This document shows positions 39,501 to 52,384 of a stretch of 64,000 nt of DNA, piece after piece. Where the stretch lies: the NCBI RefSeq assembly GCF_004010195.1, contig NC_057758.1:6193352-6257351 (forward strand), in the 5' to 3' direction. Position numbers and translations under genes: made by a program. Position 1 is the stretch's first letter. Each line of letters opens with the position of its first letter. This stretch comes from Chiloscyllium plagiosum (taxonomy: Eukaryota). The notes beneath the pieces are model-generated. The model saw only the letters and a program-made list of their open reading frames with translations. It made no database searches and was not told the origin of the DNA.

Positions 39501-40900
39501 AAGCTTTGAGATCCTGAGTTTTTCTCAAGGGCATGACGTGGTCGTGCTCTTTCCGATGACAGGAGATCCCTTCAAAGCGACGTTTAGTGGTCCCTATCAA
39601 ACTAAGAAAAAGTTGAGTCAGGTGTACTCACTAGGAAAGATGTCAGATCGAAAAAAAAGGTATCAGTCTGTCATTTGAACATGGTGCAACCATTTTATTC
39701 GAGAAAGATCTGGAGAAAGAGGAGTTAGTTATTGCCCCATAAAGTGGGGAATCAAATCCAGATCATGTCGATTTGATGTGCCTCAAAATAGATCAAAAAG
39801 TGAAGAAGATCTTGCGGAGTGGTATAGGTTAGTAAGCTGTCTGTCTCAAGACCATGGAACGTAATTGAAAGATTTGTTATTGCAGTTTCGGACATAATGT
39901 AAGAATCATTGGGAGAGGACAAATGATATTGTACATAAAGTAGATGTAGGTAATACTGCTGCAATGAAACATGCCCTAACAGCTTAATCCTTTCAACCAA
40001 GGCAGTTACCAAAGAAGGTAAAGGCCATGCTTGAAGAGGATACCATCAAACCAAACCAGAGTGAGTGGAGTTCGTTAATTGTCTTAGTTCCAAAACTAAG
40101 AGAGGGGACAGATCAATTGTGCATGAGTAATTGGAAGGTCAACGCCGTTACAAAACCAGACTAACATCCAATTTCTCGATTGGAGGACTGTATTGAGAAA
40201 GTTAACAGGCCAGTTTCATCAACAATGTGTACGTATTGCGAAGTTATTGAAAGGTACCTTTGTCAGGGACGGCAAAATAAATGTCTGCATTTGTAACACC
40301 TAAAGAACTACATAAGTTTAACTTGATGACCTTTGGAATGAAGAATGCACCAGCCACATTCCAAAGACTCATTAATGGAATTGTGGCTGGGTTAGCAAAC
40401 TGTGCAGTCTATGTGGACGATGTTGTGACCTTTAGTAAGTTCTGGCAGAGTCTCATGTTACAGTTGGAGAGCACTTTGAATGACGACCAGAAGCAAAACT
40501 CATGGTAAACTTAAACAAATATGAATTCGTTAAAGCAGAGGTGACATTCTTGAGGAACAACACCAGTCATGGAAGGCTGACCCCACGGAAGGTAAACACA
40601 AAGGCCATGGAGGAAGTTCCGTGACAAACCTCGAAGAAAGCTTCAATTCTGAGGATTAGCGTATTCTATCAGAGGTATGTTCCAAACATCAGAAGTGTAG
40701 TGGCACCGTTAACCGAAGAACACTAAGTTTCAATAGACACAAAAAATGCCAGGAGGCATTCGATCATTTGAAAGCATTGTTAATCACCAAACCACTTTTA
40801 CCTGCACCAAGCTTTTCAATGCCTTTTATAATCGGCATTGATGCGAGTGACATCGGACTTGAGCTGTACTGCGAAAGCAAGATGAGGATGTGATTGAAGA
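36520..40900 (+). mobile_element. Decayed Gmr1-clade Ty3/Gypsy LTR retrotransposon: putative 5' LTR about 36520-37143, PBS, gag, integrase, then RT/RNase H; 3' truncated
   Basis: gag HFDEKDGEAF..LFQTKLVSRAFEIFAAL..AYKLAPEVYRQ (37740-38000). Integrase ITVMDMPTSFLEAITL..YGLPREICLDQRSN (38965-39120) and GPY module FSGPYQ (about 39590). RT SAFVTP..MTFGMKNAPATFQR..AVYVDDVV (40281-40440); IDASDIG RNase H start near 40840. Many stops and frameshifts. Confidence 0.88.
37146..37161 (+). other. Degenerate tRNA-Pro-like primer binding site after the putative LTR end
   Basis: tcgtagca-gtt-tggaggcttttgtcc resembles LTR end ...CA followed by TGGGGGCTCGTCC, and lies just upstream of gag. Confidence 0.5.
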
Positions 40901-41639
40901 ATAAAAGGTCGACGTACATTCGAGGGCCGAAGTGTCTGTACTGTGCTGTGGTGACCTGTTCTATGTTTTATGTTCTAAAACGTGGAGGAACACTTGCAGA
41001 ATTTTACAATTCGGGCTATCTGCCAGACTTTGGTTAATGGGGCTGTTGTAGATTTCAACGTGCTGTTTCATGGTTTAGACAAGATGGAGTGCAGGGTCTC
41101 TCCGAGGCTCTGATTCTGTGATCGAACGCTCCATTACACACAAACCCCCACCCTTCAGCCAAAGCCCCTGGTTCACTCCCCTCTGAGGGAATAAATGTCT
41201 TCACATTTCTGTGTTTAATTGGTGGCACCTCATTAAATAATGATGCCCTCTGTTCTGAAACCTTCCAAGTAGGGGTACTAACAGCTCTTCAGCAACGCTG
41301 TCAAATCCACTAAAATATTAAATGTTTCAATGAGGTCGCTTCTCGTTCCTCTGCACTGCACTCAGCGCAGGTCCAACATAATCAACGCCTCATCACAAAA
41401 CAATCCCTCCACAAATGATTACAGCTGAATGAACTCTCAATGGACTGCCCCCAAATAGAGTTTGCAATTCCTTCACTAAGAGAAGAAAAATTGTTCACAC
41501 TATTCTAGCTGTGTTATAACGGGAGCCTTGGAGACTTTTAGAAAACCTCCTGATTTTTATCCTATAATCTCTTTGAATTGTGCCATGAATAGGTCACAAA
41601 TTTGGCGAAGGTGCATTCGAATCAGCCTCTTCAGAGATG

Positions 41640-42105
41640 TTATTGTTCATCCGTGGATCCAGTAGGACCAGAACAAAGATCTTCCCAGCTCAGAGATAGG
41701 GACACTCTGTGTGTACCACAAGAATTCGCTGTTACTGAAGTGCAGTATGACGATGGGATGCCTGACGTGACAGGGAACAGCTCCTTGGCCAATAATGTTT
41801 GCAATGAGAAAGAATGCATGCGCACAATAGCTTGGGAATTCCAATCAGTAACTTTCTGAGTGGAATAATGTTTATTTTCCATAATTATGGAAACTGTGTG
41901 GACAGATAGAAGGAACACACATGATCCAACCGAACAAAAACAAAAACTTAAAGACCACAGTGGCCATTGTTCCAACCCGTAGTTCCTCTGTTTGCCGGCG
42001 GGAGATGCACAACCTCTACATGCAAGGTCAACAAATGTACATACCAATAGTATTAGCTTCCATTAACACCAGAGCTCCAAGCAGCAACACCAGTGTCATC
42101 CACAT
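41640..42105 (-). CDS. Candidate two-exon gene for a small secreted protein (104 aa; coding exons 42105-42045 and 41893-41640), unidentified, possibly a pseudogene relic
   Basis: Acceptor ttctccctctcag 13 nt before gagATG; MWMTLVLLLGALVLMEANTI looks like a signal peptide; phase-1 donor G|GTATGT; 151-bp intron ending ttccttctatctgtccacacag; open frame to TAA at 41640. Confidence 0.4.
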
Positions 42106-43317
42106 CTCTGTTGTGATTCTGAGAGGGAGAATGTTAAGATTCGAACAAAGTTCCACTTCTTATGAGCTCATAGATTACTGTGGTATTATTAATTATTGAC
42201 ACAATAGCCACTGGCTGCCCTTCAGGTTCTATTAAGATGTAGCTTACTAACTGAGACTGATGACAGCTGGAATCTACGATTAAATGGATCATAAAGGGAA
42301 CAGAGACACTGACCTCACTATTGATTGAACTGACAGAGATAAAAAATCAGTTCTTCTTAGGAACAGGAGGTGGTTATTCAACTCGTCGACCCCTGTCAGC
42401 CACACAACAATATCGTAGCTGATATGTGGATAACTACATTTGACTGCCCTGGGCGCATATCCTTGATACCCTTGGTAAATTTTATAAGCATGTCTCTTTC
42501 AGTTATAAATTTAAAACTTGCATTAGCATCGACTGCTGTTTGAGGAAGAGAGTCCCAAATCTCGAATACTCTTTGTCTGCAGAATTGTTTTCTGTCATCT
42601 CTCCTGAATGGCCTGGCCCCGACCCTAAGACTACCACATGGGCATCACTGGTTGAGCGTTAACCTTCTAAATTCTAGAGTAGAAAGGCCCAATTGCTCTA
42701 GTCTCTCCTCAGTGTGTAAACAAACAAAATTCAAGTATGGTCATTGTAAACGTGCACTGAATGCCGTCTAGGATCAAAACCTCCTAGGTAACGTATGGCT
42801 CTAGGCTTTTCCCACGGTACGTTCAGAGAGCAACGGACTTGGGTCCAAGATGCATGTCTGTACTCTCTTCTCAATACTTTTTTGATGTTATGGACCTTAT
42901 ATTTACTATCCTTACAGTTCCAGAATCTCACCACCTATTGAGCAAGAAATCAAATTCCGAGTTCAGTCTAAATCGTTTACCCTTTACTATAGATCTATAT
43001 TCCCTGTCTATGATCCGACTATAAGGCAGAACAGTGGTTTCTGCGACCTCTCAATTGTTTTCTTCTTTTATAGACCACTATCATGTCATCTCTCAAGATA
43101 CTCTATTCTGTGAAAACATATTCAGTCCTTTCTAGCTCTGTCCACAGCAGAAACTCTTATTTTCAGGCAAAACGATAGCTAATCTGCTCTATCAACCACA
43201 ACCTGGTCCCCACCTTCACGTTATGCCGCAGTTTTATCACACCCCTCCTAAAACGTGGATTCCAGAACTGCGCCCTCCACTCTGCCTGTAACCTGAGCAA
43301 TGCTTTATGCAGTTCCA

Positions 43318-43541
43318 GGAGAAAGTGAGGTCTGCAGATGCTGGAGATCAAAGTTGAAACTTTATTACTGGAACAACACAGCAGGTCAGGCAGCATCCAG
43401 GGAACAGGAGATTCGACGTTTCGGGCACAGGCCCTTCTTCAGGAATTCCTGAAGAAGGGCCTGTGCCCGAAACGTCGAATCTCCTGTTCCCTGGATGCTG
43501 CCTGACCTGCTGTGTTGTTCCAGCAATAAAGTTTCAACTTT
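43318..43541. mobile_element. Palindromic Penelope-derived mini-element (two inverted pseudo-LTR ends) with 15-bp TSD
   Basis: 43350-43541 is a 192-bp palindrome with one mismatched pair, centred on aggaattcct. ctttatgcagttcca occurs at 43303-43317 and 43538-43552. Arms match the Penelope ends at 16790-16915 and 20981-21072. Confidence 0.85.
43445..43480 (+). ncRNA. Minimal type I hammerhead ribozyme motif (Penelope-type); mirror copy on the - strand at 43411-43446
   Basis: ATTC-CTGAAGA-A-GGGC(CTGT)GCCC-GAAA-CG-TC-GAAT: conserved core, stem II hairpin, stem I ATTC/GAAT, GUC cleavage triplet. Confidence 0.7.
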
Positions 43542-44659
43542 ATGCAGTTCCACCAGAACAGTTCTCAGCAGCATCATGACTGATTCAGATCTTTAGTGAA
43601 CTGAACGACAGTTGGTGCCTCTTGCAGAGCCCTGAAAAGCTACGTAGAAGGGATGCAAGACACGTTCGACTTGGAGAACTGTTTCCTGTACAGACTGACA
43701 GTAGCTGAGGGGTGGAGCACATTCTTGACTTCACCAATGCACTCTGATCCTACTTGCCCACCATGCTCATGAAAAGGTTTCCTAAACTAATCACAAGTAA
43801 GGAGGGACTATCTGATGTGGAAAGGTTTAGTTGGTTGTCGTGTACTCATTGACGTTTCATAGAACGAGAGGCAAGTATATTGAAATATACCAGATTCGCA
43901 GAGGAGTTGACACGCAGATGACCATCGGCTGTTTCCTCTTGTCAGAAACTCTACGACCACAAGATAACATCTCAGAACAAGGGATTGCCCATTTCAGGCA
44001 GAAATGAAAGTGGTTTTCTTCTCTCAGGTGGCAGCAAATCCTCAAAATTATTTACAGCCAGGGGCTGTGGACGTTAAGTTCTCATAACGCTGTGAATCAA
44101 AGATTTTTAATCAGGAAAGGTAACGAAGGCTGTGGGAAAACAGCAAGAAAGTAGAGGTGAGGATGGTCACGTCAACCATCATTTCATTGACATAACCGTC
44201 TCAATGGGCATTCCAGCTCTGCTGAAAATATACTATTTGAGATAAAGAGAAGAAAACTACACACACTACTGAAGTATTAGTCTCACACATGCTCTGTGTA
44301 ACTTCAGTGACCCATCCCTACTTCTGAACTTCAAATCTCTTGCAATGAAGGCTACCATACCAATAGCCTTCAAAAGTTTGCTGCAACTCAGACAGTGAGT
44401 AAGCTGTTGGTTTACAATGACCACACAGTTTCCAAGCAGCTTATGAAAGAATGCCAGACAGGATGGCGACTGGCTCCGCATCTTTCTATATTCATTTCGA
44501 AGGTTTTTATTTCCACCTTGCAAATTATCATCCCACCCATTTTTGTGTTGTCCGCAAATGTGCCAATAGACCCCTCTATTTTTGTATTGAAATCGTTAAT
44601 GTAGATTGTAAATAGCTGGGGTCCAAATGAAGGAACGGCACAATACTTCCAATTCAGAA

Positions 44660-46520
44660 TGGTTAGTGGCTCGGGTAGAAACTTGGAAGTGATGGTGTTC
44701 TCAAATATCTGCCTCCCTTGTTCCTCTCGATGGATGTGCCCATGTGTTTGGATGGTGCGGTCTGAGGGTATTTGGTGAACTTCTGCAGTGTCTTTGTTGA
44801 AAGTGCACACTGCTGCTGATGAAATTCGTCGGTGCTGGGAGTGGATGCTTGCGAATATAGTGCCATTTAAGCGTCCTGCTTTTTCCTGATATTGTCAAGC
44901 ATTTTGCGTGTTTTAGTGACTGCCACTATCCAGGCACGGATGGCATATTCCATCACACTCCTGACTTGTGACTTGTAGGTTGTGGACAGGCCTTAGGGAA
45001 TCACAGAGTAAGTTACTCGCCGCTTCTGGCTTACATTCGCTGCTTCTGGCTTGTATTCATCACTTCTGGCTTGTTCTGACAGCCGTTTTGTTGACATTGT
45101 CAGTCAACTTCTGGTTCTGGTCAATGATAACCTCAGGATGTTGACAGTCGGTGATTCAGTGATGGTAACACCACTGAGCACAAATGGACTTTGTTTGGGT
45201 TGTCTCTGATTGGTGGTTGTTGAAACCTGGCATTTGTGTAGTGCAAATGCGACTTACGACTTCTCACACTAAACCCAATCATTTTCTCGACCGTGTTGTA
45301 TTTGGACTACTTCAGTATCTGAATGGTGCTGAACATTGTGCATTCATTGGTGAATATCTCCATTGTGACATCGTGTTACAGGCAAGGACATTGATTACGC
45401 ACCTGAAGATGGTTGGGCACAGGGCACTATCTTGCGGAATTACTGCAGAAGTGTCCTGGAGCTGAGATGACTGAACTAAAGCAATCACGAACAGTTTCCT
45501 CAGTCTCACGAATAACTCTAAACATCAGAGATGTTTCCCTGGATTCCATTTGATTCAATTTTTGCCAAGTCCTCTTGATGAGATACTCAATCGAATGCAG
45601 ACTTAACATCAAAGTTTGTCACTCTCATCTCCCCTCGGAAATCAGTTCTCTTGCCCGAATTTGAACCAGGCTATAATAATGCCAAGAGCTAAATGAAACT
45701 GGTGGAATCCAAACTCGGCGTCACCAAGCAGTTTGTTCTTGAGCAGGTACTGCATGTTGGAATATTAATGACACCTTACATCACGTTACTGATGATCAAA
45801 AACAGGATAATGCGGCCGTATTTGGCCACATTGGATTTTCCCTGATTTGTATTATAAAAAAAAAGTTACTGGGGTAATTAGGCACACTGACTCTTCCCGA
45901 TACTATCAAGTACAGTTGCAGCTGCAGCTGCCAGGTTGGTGAGGGTGAGGACAAATCTGTTTTTACCTCTGTTTTTTTTTACCTCATCATTTGCCACAGA
46001 CCCAGTCAAGCAATTAAACAGTTATGTCCGTTTCAACACTGACGAGCCGCTGCTGGATATTGCAATCCCTCACCAAGAGTATGTTTCGTGCCTTTGCCAT
46101 CCGCAGTGCTTCGACCGAGTGTTGTTCATCATGGATGATTACGATTGATCAGCTGAGGGACATCAATACATAGTAATCAACAGGAGGTTGCTTTCCCTTT
46201 ACAACTTGAAACCGTGAGTTTTTATGCGGTTCGGGGCCAAAGTTGACGACTCGCAAGGCATTTCGCGCTCGACTGTGTAACAAAGTGTCGCCACCTTTGC
46301 TGGTTCTGTGCTTCCAGTGAGACAGGACATATACAGGGACGGTGATGGTGGTATCTGAGACGTTGCCTGTATTTAACTCTATCAGACTGTTGCTGTAAAA
46401 GAATCTGTGAGGCAGTTCTCCCAACGTTGGCACTAATCCTCGGAGGACTTTGCTGTGTCGACAGGGCTGCTTCTGTGTTTATTTTTACCTGTGCATTGGT
46501 CGATGACAAATGATCCATTC
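44660..46520 (-). mobile_element. Divergent second CR1/L2-clade LINE family fragment
   Basis: VIPQDSALCPTIFRCVINVL RT-like block on -; 3' region RGTREADI. Confidence 0.6.
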
Positions 46521-47039
46521 AATTGCAATTGTTTTTGAATTTGCAGCAATTGGCACACCTTAATAGCTTGCAAGGCCATTTCAGAGGTCAATTGACAGTA
46601 ACTCAAATTGTTCTGTGAGGTGTTACATTTATGTCACACCAGGTTAGGACGGCAGATTTCCTACCATGCAGAAGATTAATGAATCGGATAGTTTGTTTTC
46701 GACAATCGGCAATGAATTCATAGTCATCATGGTATTCTGAATTCCAGGTTTGTTTCTTACTGAATTCAAATTCCTCGGTATGCTACGTTGGGAATCGAAC
46801 CTGCCGCCCATAACATTATCTTCGGCTCTGGATTCTTAGTTCACTATTATTACAACCAGCTCGTTGCCTTCTCGCTGCAGTATAAGAATTGGAAAGTCTG
46901 ACTGCAAACTTACAACTTACTGGTAAGGCCATATCTTGAACATTCTGAGCAGTTTTGACACAAACATTTTCAAATTTATACCATTTCATTGGAAAAATAG
47001 AAAATAAAACTTTGTGGAATTACTGTGGAAGTAGAAATG

Positions 47040-47060
47040 GAGAGAGACAGAGAGACAGAG

Positions 47061-47102
<42 letters not shown>
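47040..47102. repeat. (AG)n microsatellite
   Basis: Direct reading. Confidence 0.95.
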
Positions 47103-47105
<3 letters not shown>

Positions 47106-47559
47106 TCAGGTCGAGGCAGCGAGTTGAGATGCACAGACAGAGACAAGCGTGGAAAAAGCAGAGTGGGCTGCTGAAAAGGTGACAGATTCGAAAAGGTGAA
47201 GAAATAAAGTAAACGATCGATAGCACTCTCCAGAATTCTTGGCGGTCTCAAAGTGCTGAGCAAACATGTCGTGAATCATGTGTGATGTCACTGCTTTAAT
47301 GGGAAAGACAATACTGCTAATTTGCATACCGTTAGCTCCCAGAGTTCGCTGGAAATTATTGCTGGTCTGGCCGAGCACTGTAGTAATGGGACGGCAAATC
47401 CGAAGGCTTGGTTCCAAGAAATGTTTGAGTTTGCAAGATGTTATTTTACCCGGAGAGAGACACCGATCGGGGGCTGAGCGGACAGTGAGTTGGAATATGA
47501 GGCCAATCGGTGTTATGTTGGTTAACAGTAAACAACCATGCGAAGTCCATGAGACCACA

Positions 47560-50500
47560 CGAGCAAAAATAATGTTTTTTGGCCTATCAAGTCTGCTCTG
47601 CCATTCAACCACGTCCATTTGAGTTTTAGACACCATTTTATAGGTTTCTCCACGTAAACTTTGACACCACCCCACCCCCTGGCAATCAAGATCTCATCTG
47701 TGCCTATCTTAAATACGTGCCCTCTACAGTCTTCTGTGGCAATGAATTGCACAGATTTACCAGACGGTAGTTGAAGAACATTCCTCTTATCTCCGTTCTA
47801 AAGCGTCTTACATTTACTCTCAAGTTGTTCCCTCGGCTCATTGTGAATGGAAGCATTCTCACAACCTCCATTCTGTCCGGGCCGTTCATTGTTCTGTCCG
47901 CTTCAGTCCGATCACCCCTCATTACTCTATAATCCATAGAGTACAATTCCATTGTCACTAATCTTCCCTCACATGTGACACGTTTCATTTATGGCATTAT
48001 TCTCGTGTCCTCCCCTGGGCCTGTTTCTGATGTATGATTTCTAATTTACTCACAATACACTCATTGTGGTTTGACCAGAACCTTAAAAATCATCCGAAGT
48101 GAATGCCAATATTTCTCTTCTAGTCCTCTCGAGATGATTTGCAACATTGCATTTGCCTTCCTAATTACACACACAACTTGCAATTTTACCTTGAGAGAAT
48201 CCTGGATGAGGACGTCCAAGACAGGTTTCGTCTGATTTCTGAATTTTCTGACCGTTTTGAAAATAGTCCATTCTTCTATTCCTTCTCGGAAAGTGCATGA
48301 CTTCACAGTTTCCCGCATTGTGTTTCATTTGCCAATTCTTAGCCCATTCTCACAATCTGTGCAAATATTTCTGTGGCCTTCCAGACGTCACAGTACAACT
48401 GGTCCCTCCACTTGTATCATCTGCAATGTAGCCGACGACCCACAGTTCCTTCATCCAGATCATCAATAATTAAAGTGAGAAGTTATGGTCCCAACACGAT
48501 CCCTTGTGAGTACCATCTGTCACTGACTTCCATCCTGAGAACGGCCATTTTTTGTCATGATTTGAAGATGCTGGTATTAGACTGGGGTGGACAAAGTTAA
48601 AAATCAGATAACATCAGGGTATTGTCCAACAGGCTTATTTTGAAGCACTAGCTTTCGGAGCGCTGCTCCTTTATCAAGTGATTGTGGACAATAAGATTTT
48701 AAGACACAGAATTTATAGTAAACGTTTACAGCGTGATGTAACTGACATTATATATTAAAAAAAACTTGGACTTTTTTGTTAATACGCTCATCTTTCAGAA
48801 TGAACATATTTATTTCAGTTCTTTCACATGTAAACCGCAAAACCTTTTTTTTTAGTGTTACATTCTCAATTGAACGGCAACAAATGATGTCAGATCGCCC
48901 AGATAATGTATTGAATGTTTTAGCTCCCTGTGAGGTTATCTCTGCCACAATGGTCATATTGATTCTAACCTAAAAAGTTTTTTTACAGAATCTTACAGGG
49001 ATTCATGCAGTTTATAAGCAAAATAAAATGTAATTCTGAAAGTACAAAGTCAACTCACAAATATGTGCATGTGGGTGTGTGTGGGGAGAGAGTGCTGGAG
49101 GGTTATGAATGTTTGCGAGAGGGTATGTGTATGTCTGTGATTGTAAAGTGGTTTAAGTCTGTGAGATTTCATGTGTGGGAATGCATGTGTGCGTGTATTA
49201 TAAATGGTCTGAGTGTGTGCGTGTGTGTGTGTCCGTCTGTGCGTATGTATAATATGGGCACTCGTAAATACTCAGGAAATGCTTTCATAAGAACGGTGTA
49301 CGATGTTCAACTCATGGACCACCAGGTACGACGTCCTACATAGAGGAACCGTAATGACCTCTTCAGGAGACAAACACAATCTGCAACTGTCAGGGTACCG
49401 ATTGTCGTCCAGTAACACGCAAGAGCTGAAAACTACGCCAAGTTCTTTGCCGCCTGCAACACATTATCAATGAGAATGAGCACCTCGCCAAGACAGTCCC
49501 CATACTCCTTCTTCTCGCGTTTTCACAGCCACCAAACCTCAAACAGATCATTGTTCTGATCAAACCGCTCGGCTTTCAGGACAATACCATACAACCCTGT
49601 CACGTTAGATGCCTGTCACATGTCAGAATGCCCACACAGATACCACCATTACGCGTGGGGACACCTCTAACCATAAACGTAGCAGGTAATCACGTCACTC
49701 ATCCAACGTTGTCTATCTCATACGCTGCAGGAAAGATGCTCTGAGGTATGGTACATTGACGAGACCAAACAAAGACAACTACAACATCTGAATGTACACC
49801 GCAGAACAATCAACAGTCAGGAGTGTTCCCTCCCAGTCGGAGAACACTTCAGCAGTCCGGGACATTCGACCTCGGAACTTTGGGTGACCATCCTCCCAGG
49901 CGGACTTCGGCATGGCAATAACGAAAAGTGGCTGAGCAGAAGCTGATAGGCAAATTTGGTACCAATGGGGATGGCCTCAACNNNNNNNNNNNNNNNNNNN
50001 NNNNNNNNNNNNNNNNNNNNNNNNNNCACACACACACACACACACACAGACACTCAGTCTCTCTCTCATATACTCACGTCTACACTCCGACACACGCCCT
50101 CTCACAGTCTTAAACACCTTTGCACCCACAGTTACACACGTCCATATACTCTCACACAGACACTCATAGTCAGCCCCAGACTTCACCCCACATACAGCTG
50201 CATGCACATATACACATATAAGTTTGTGGCGTGAATTTGTACTTCGCAGAATTCCATTTTACTTTGTTCTAAAACTGCATGAATCCATGTAAAATTCTTT
50301 AAATCCGTTATTTTTCAATTGGAGACAGACTCAAAGGGAGCAACACCTTCAATACATTATCTCTGCCGACATGACACCAATTGTTATTGGACACTTGGGA
50401 AGGTAACTTTTACAAAAAAAATCGTTTTGCGATTTACACATGAACGAACTGAAACCGACATGATCATTCTAAAAGATGAGAGACTTAACAAATATTCCAG

Positions 50501-51680
50501 GTCGTTTTCAAGATATAATTTCAGTTTTATCACACTGTAATGTTTTGCTTTAAATTCTATGTCATGCAATCATATTCTCCACAACCATCTGAAGAAGGAG
50601 CAGCACAACGAGAGCTAGCGCTTCCAAATAAGCCTGTTAGACTATCGCTTGGTATTGTGTGATTTGTACAGTCTTATCTCCACTCTTTGACGTCTAAGAG
50701 GCAGCCAGTCATGTGTCCATGCTCGTAACGCCATATTACTCAGCAACCTCCTGTGTAACACTTTGTCAAATGTCTTTCCATAAGTCTAGATAGCTCACGT
50801 TTATTGCCACTCGTTGATATAACCTGCTCGTTGCCATTTTAAAGAATTCTAACAGCTTTGTCAAGCATGGCTTTGCTTTGATGAAACCATTGTTAACATT
50901 GCCATATTTTACTAAGCATTTCCAAGTAATCAGAAATCTCATCCTTCGCAATGAACTGTTAACAATGTTAACAATGACTACAGTTGTCAAATCGGCCTGT
51001 AATTTCCAATCTTTTGCCGAAGTCTATTCTTCTATGTGGTTGGGGGGAATTACATTAGCAATTTTCCAGACCTCTGGGATCCTCCATGTCCCCAGTGAAA
51101 CCAAAAGTGTCTCTACTGTATCGTCCACTATCTCCTCAGTTATCTCTGCCAGAATATGAGGGTGTAGCCCATCTGACTGAGTTGATGTATTAACTTTCAG
51201 ACCTTTCCGTTGTTCTGTCCTCTTCTCCTTTACAATGGACGCCGTACTCATTTCTGACCATTAGGTCTCGCGATCCCTTTGGATATTACTTGTGTCTCTC
51301 ACCGTGAAGACTGACACAAACTACTCATTAACTAATTCAGCCTTTTCTTTGCGCCCCATTACCAGTTTTCCAGCATCGTATTCCAGCTTTTGCCAATCAT
51401 TTTCTTTCCTTTAATATCGACAGTAACTCTTGCAATCTTCCTTAATACTATAGTCTTGTTTATATTTAATTTTCCACCATCTTATTTCTTAGTTCATTGT
51501 CCTATATTAATCTTTGTCGGCTTCCCATTCCGTTGGTTTCCTACTCCACTTTGCCAGATTATATGCTTTCTCCTTTACTTTTCTGCTGTGCCTGACTTCC
51601 ATGGTCAGCCATAGTTGTCTCATCCTCCATTTCGTCTGCGTCTTTTCCTTCGCAATGAACGTTTGCTGTATCTGTTACTG
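47560..51680 (-). mobile_element. CR1 LINE (3' end at about 47560) split by the Penelope insertion 48550-50670
   Basis: RFRTEIRGMFFNYRLVNLCNSLP; KPCLTKLLEFF..VSYLDLWK; DGLHPHILAEI..WKIANVIP. Confidence 0.8.
48550..50670 (+). mobile_element. Penelope-like element (second family), 5'-truncated, with inverted pseudo-LTRs, inserted into a CR1
   Basis: About 48600-49230 is an inverted copy of about 50030-50665. GIY-YIG relic SSNVVYLIRC..WYIDETKQ (49690-49780). Degenerate hammerhead-like ctgaagaaggagcagc..gagagctag near 50590. Confidence 0.82.
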
Positions 51681-52384
51681 AGTATTTTTTTCTTCCTGTT
51701 GCAAATATTTTGCACTATATTTTGTACTGGAGACTTAAATAAGTTTTACTGAGCTATCCTTTCTTTTCATTTTTGTCATATTATTTTCAATGCAGAAAAA
51801 AACCTTATAGCTGTTTACCTGCAGATTTTCACCGCATTAGTTATTAGATTTCTTGGAGTTATCCTCTTTGCACGAATTCCTCGTTTGATGTACTGTTGAC
51901 CACCCTATTAATCTTTTTCGCCAGAAGTCTTGCTCCAAATCAGTTCTGGTCTTCAAAGTCCCAATGTTAAAGATCCCTCCTTTTCCAATACTGATGCCAC
52001 TGCCTCATGAAAAGGAAGCCCTCTTTCCTGCTCTGCTCTTTTGGTGGCATGTTACTTCCCTTATTCTCCTATCTCTACGCCACTTTGCGAATGACTTGGT
52101 CAGGAATCCAGAAATTATACACATTAAGGATCTATTCTTTAAATTGTTTCCTTCCTCCTAATAATGTCTGAACAGATCATTTTTCCTAGTCATGCCGTTG
52201 TTATTTGCATAGACGTGGACCATGAAAATTGGATCGTTACCCTTCCTGTCCAATATCCTTCCGAGGCAGTCGATGATGTCCCGCATGCTGGCATCGGAAA
52301 AGCAACACAGCACGTGGGACTCTCAACACACCTTACAATGGGTATTATCATTCCTCTTAATTTGGAATCCCCTGCAACTATCAT

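Noticed and set aside
47106..47675. 189-aa minus-strand ORF
   Set aside because: Starts in a CR1 3' UTR, has no recognisable motifs and has no supporting splice structure.
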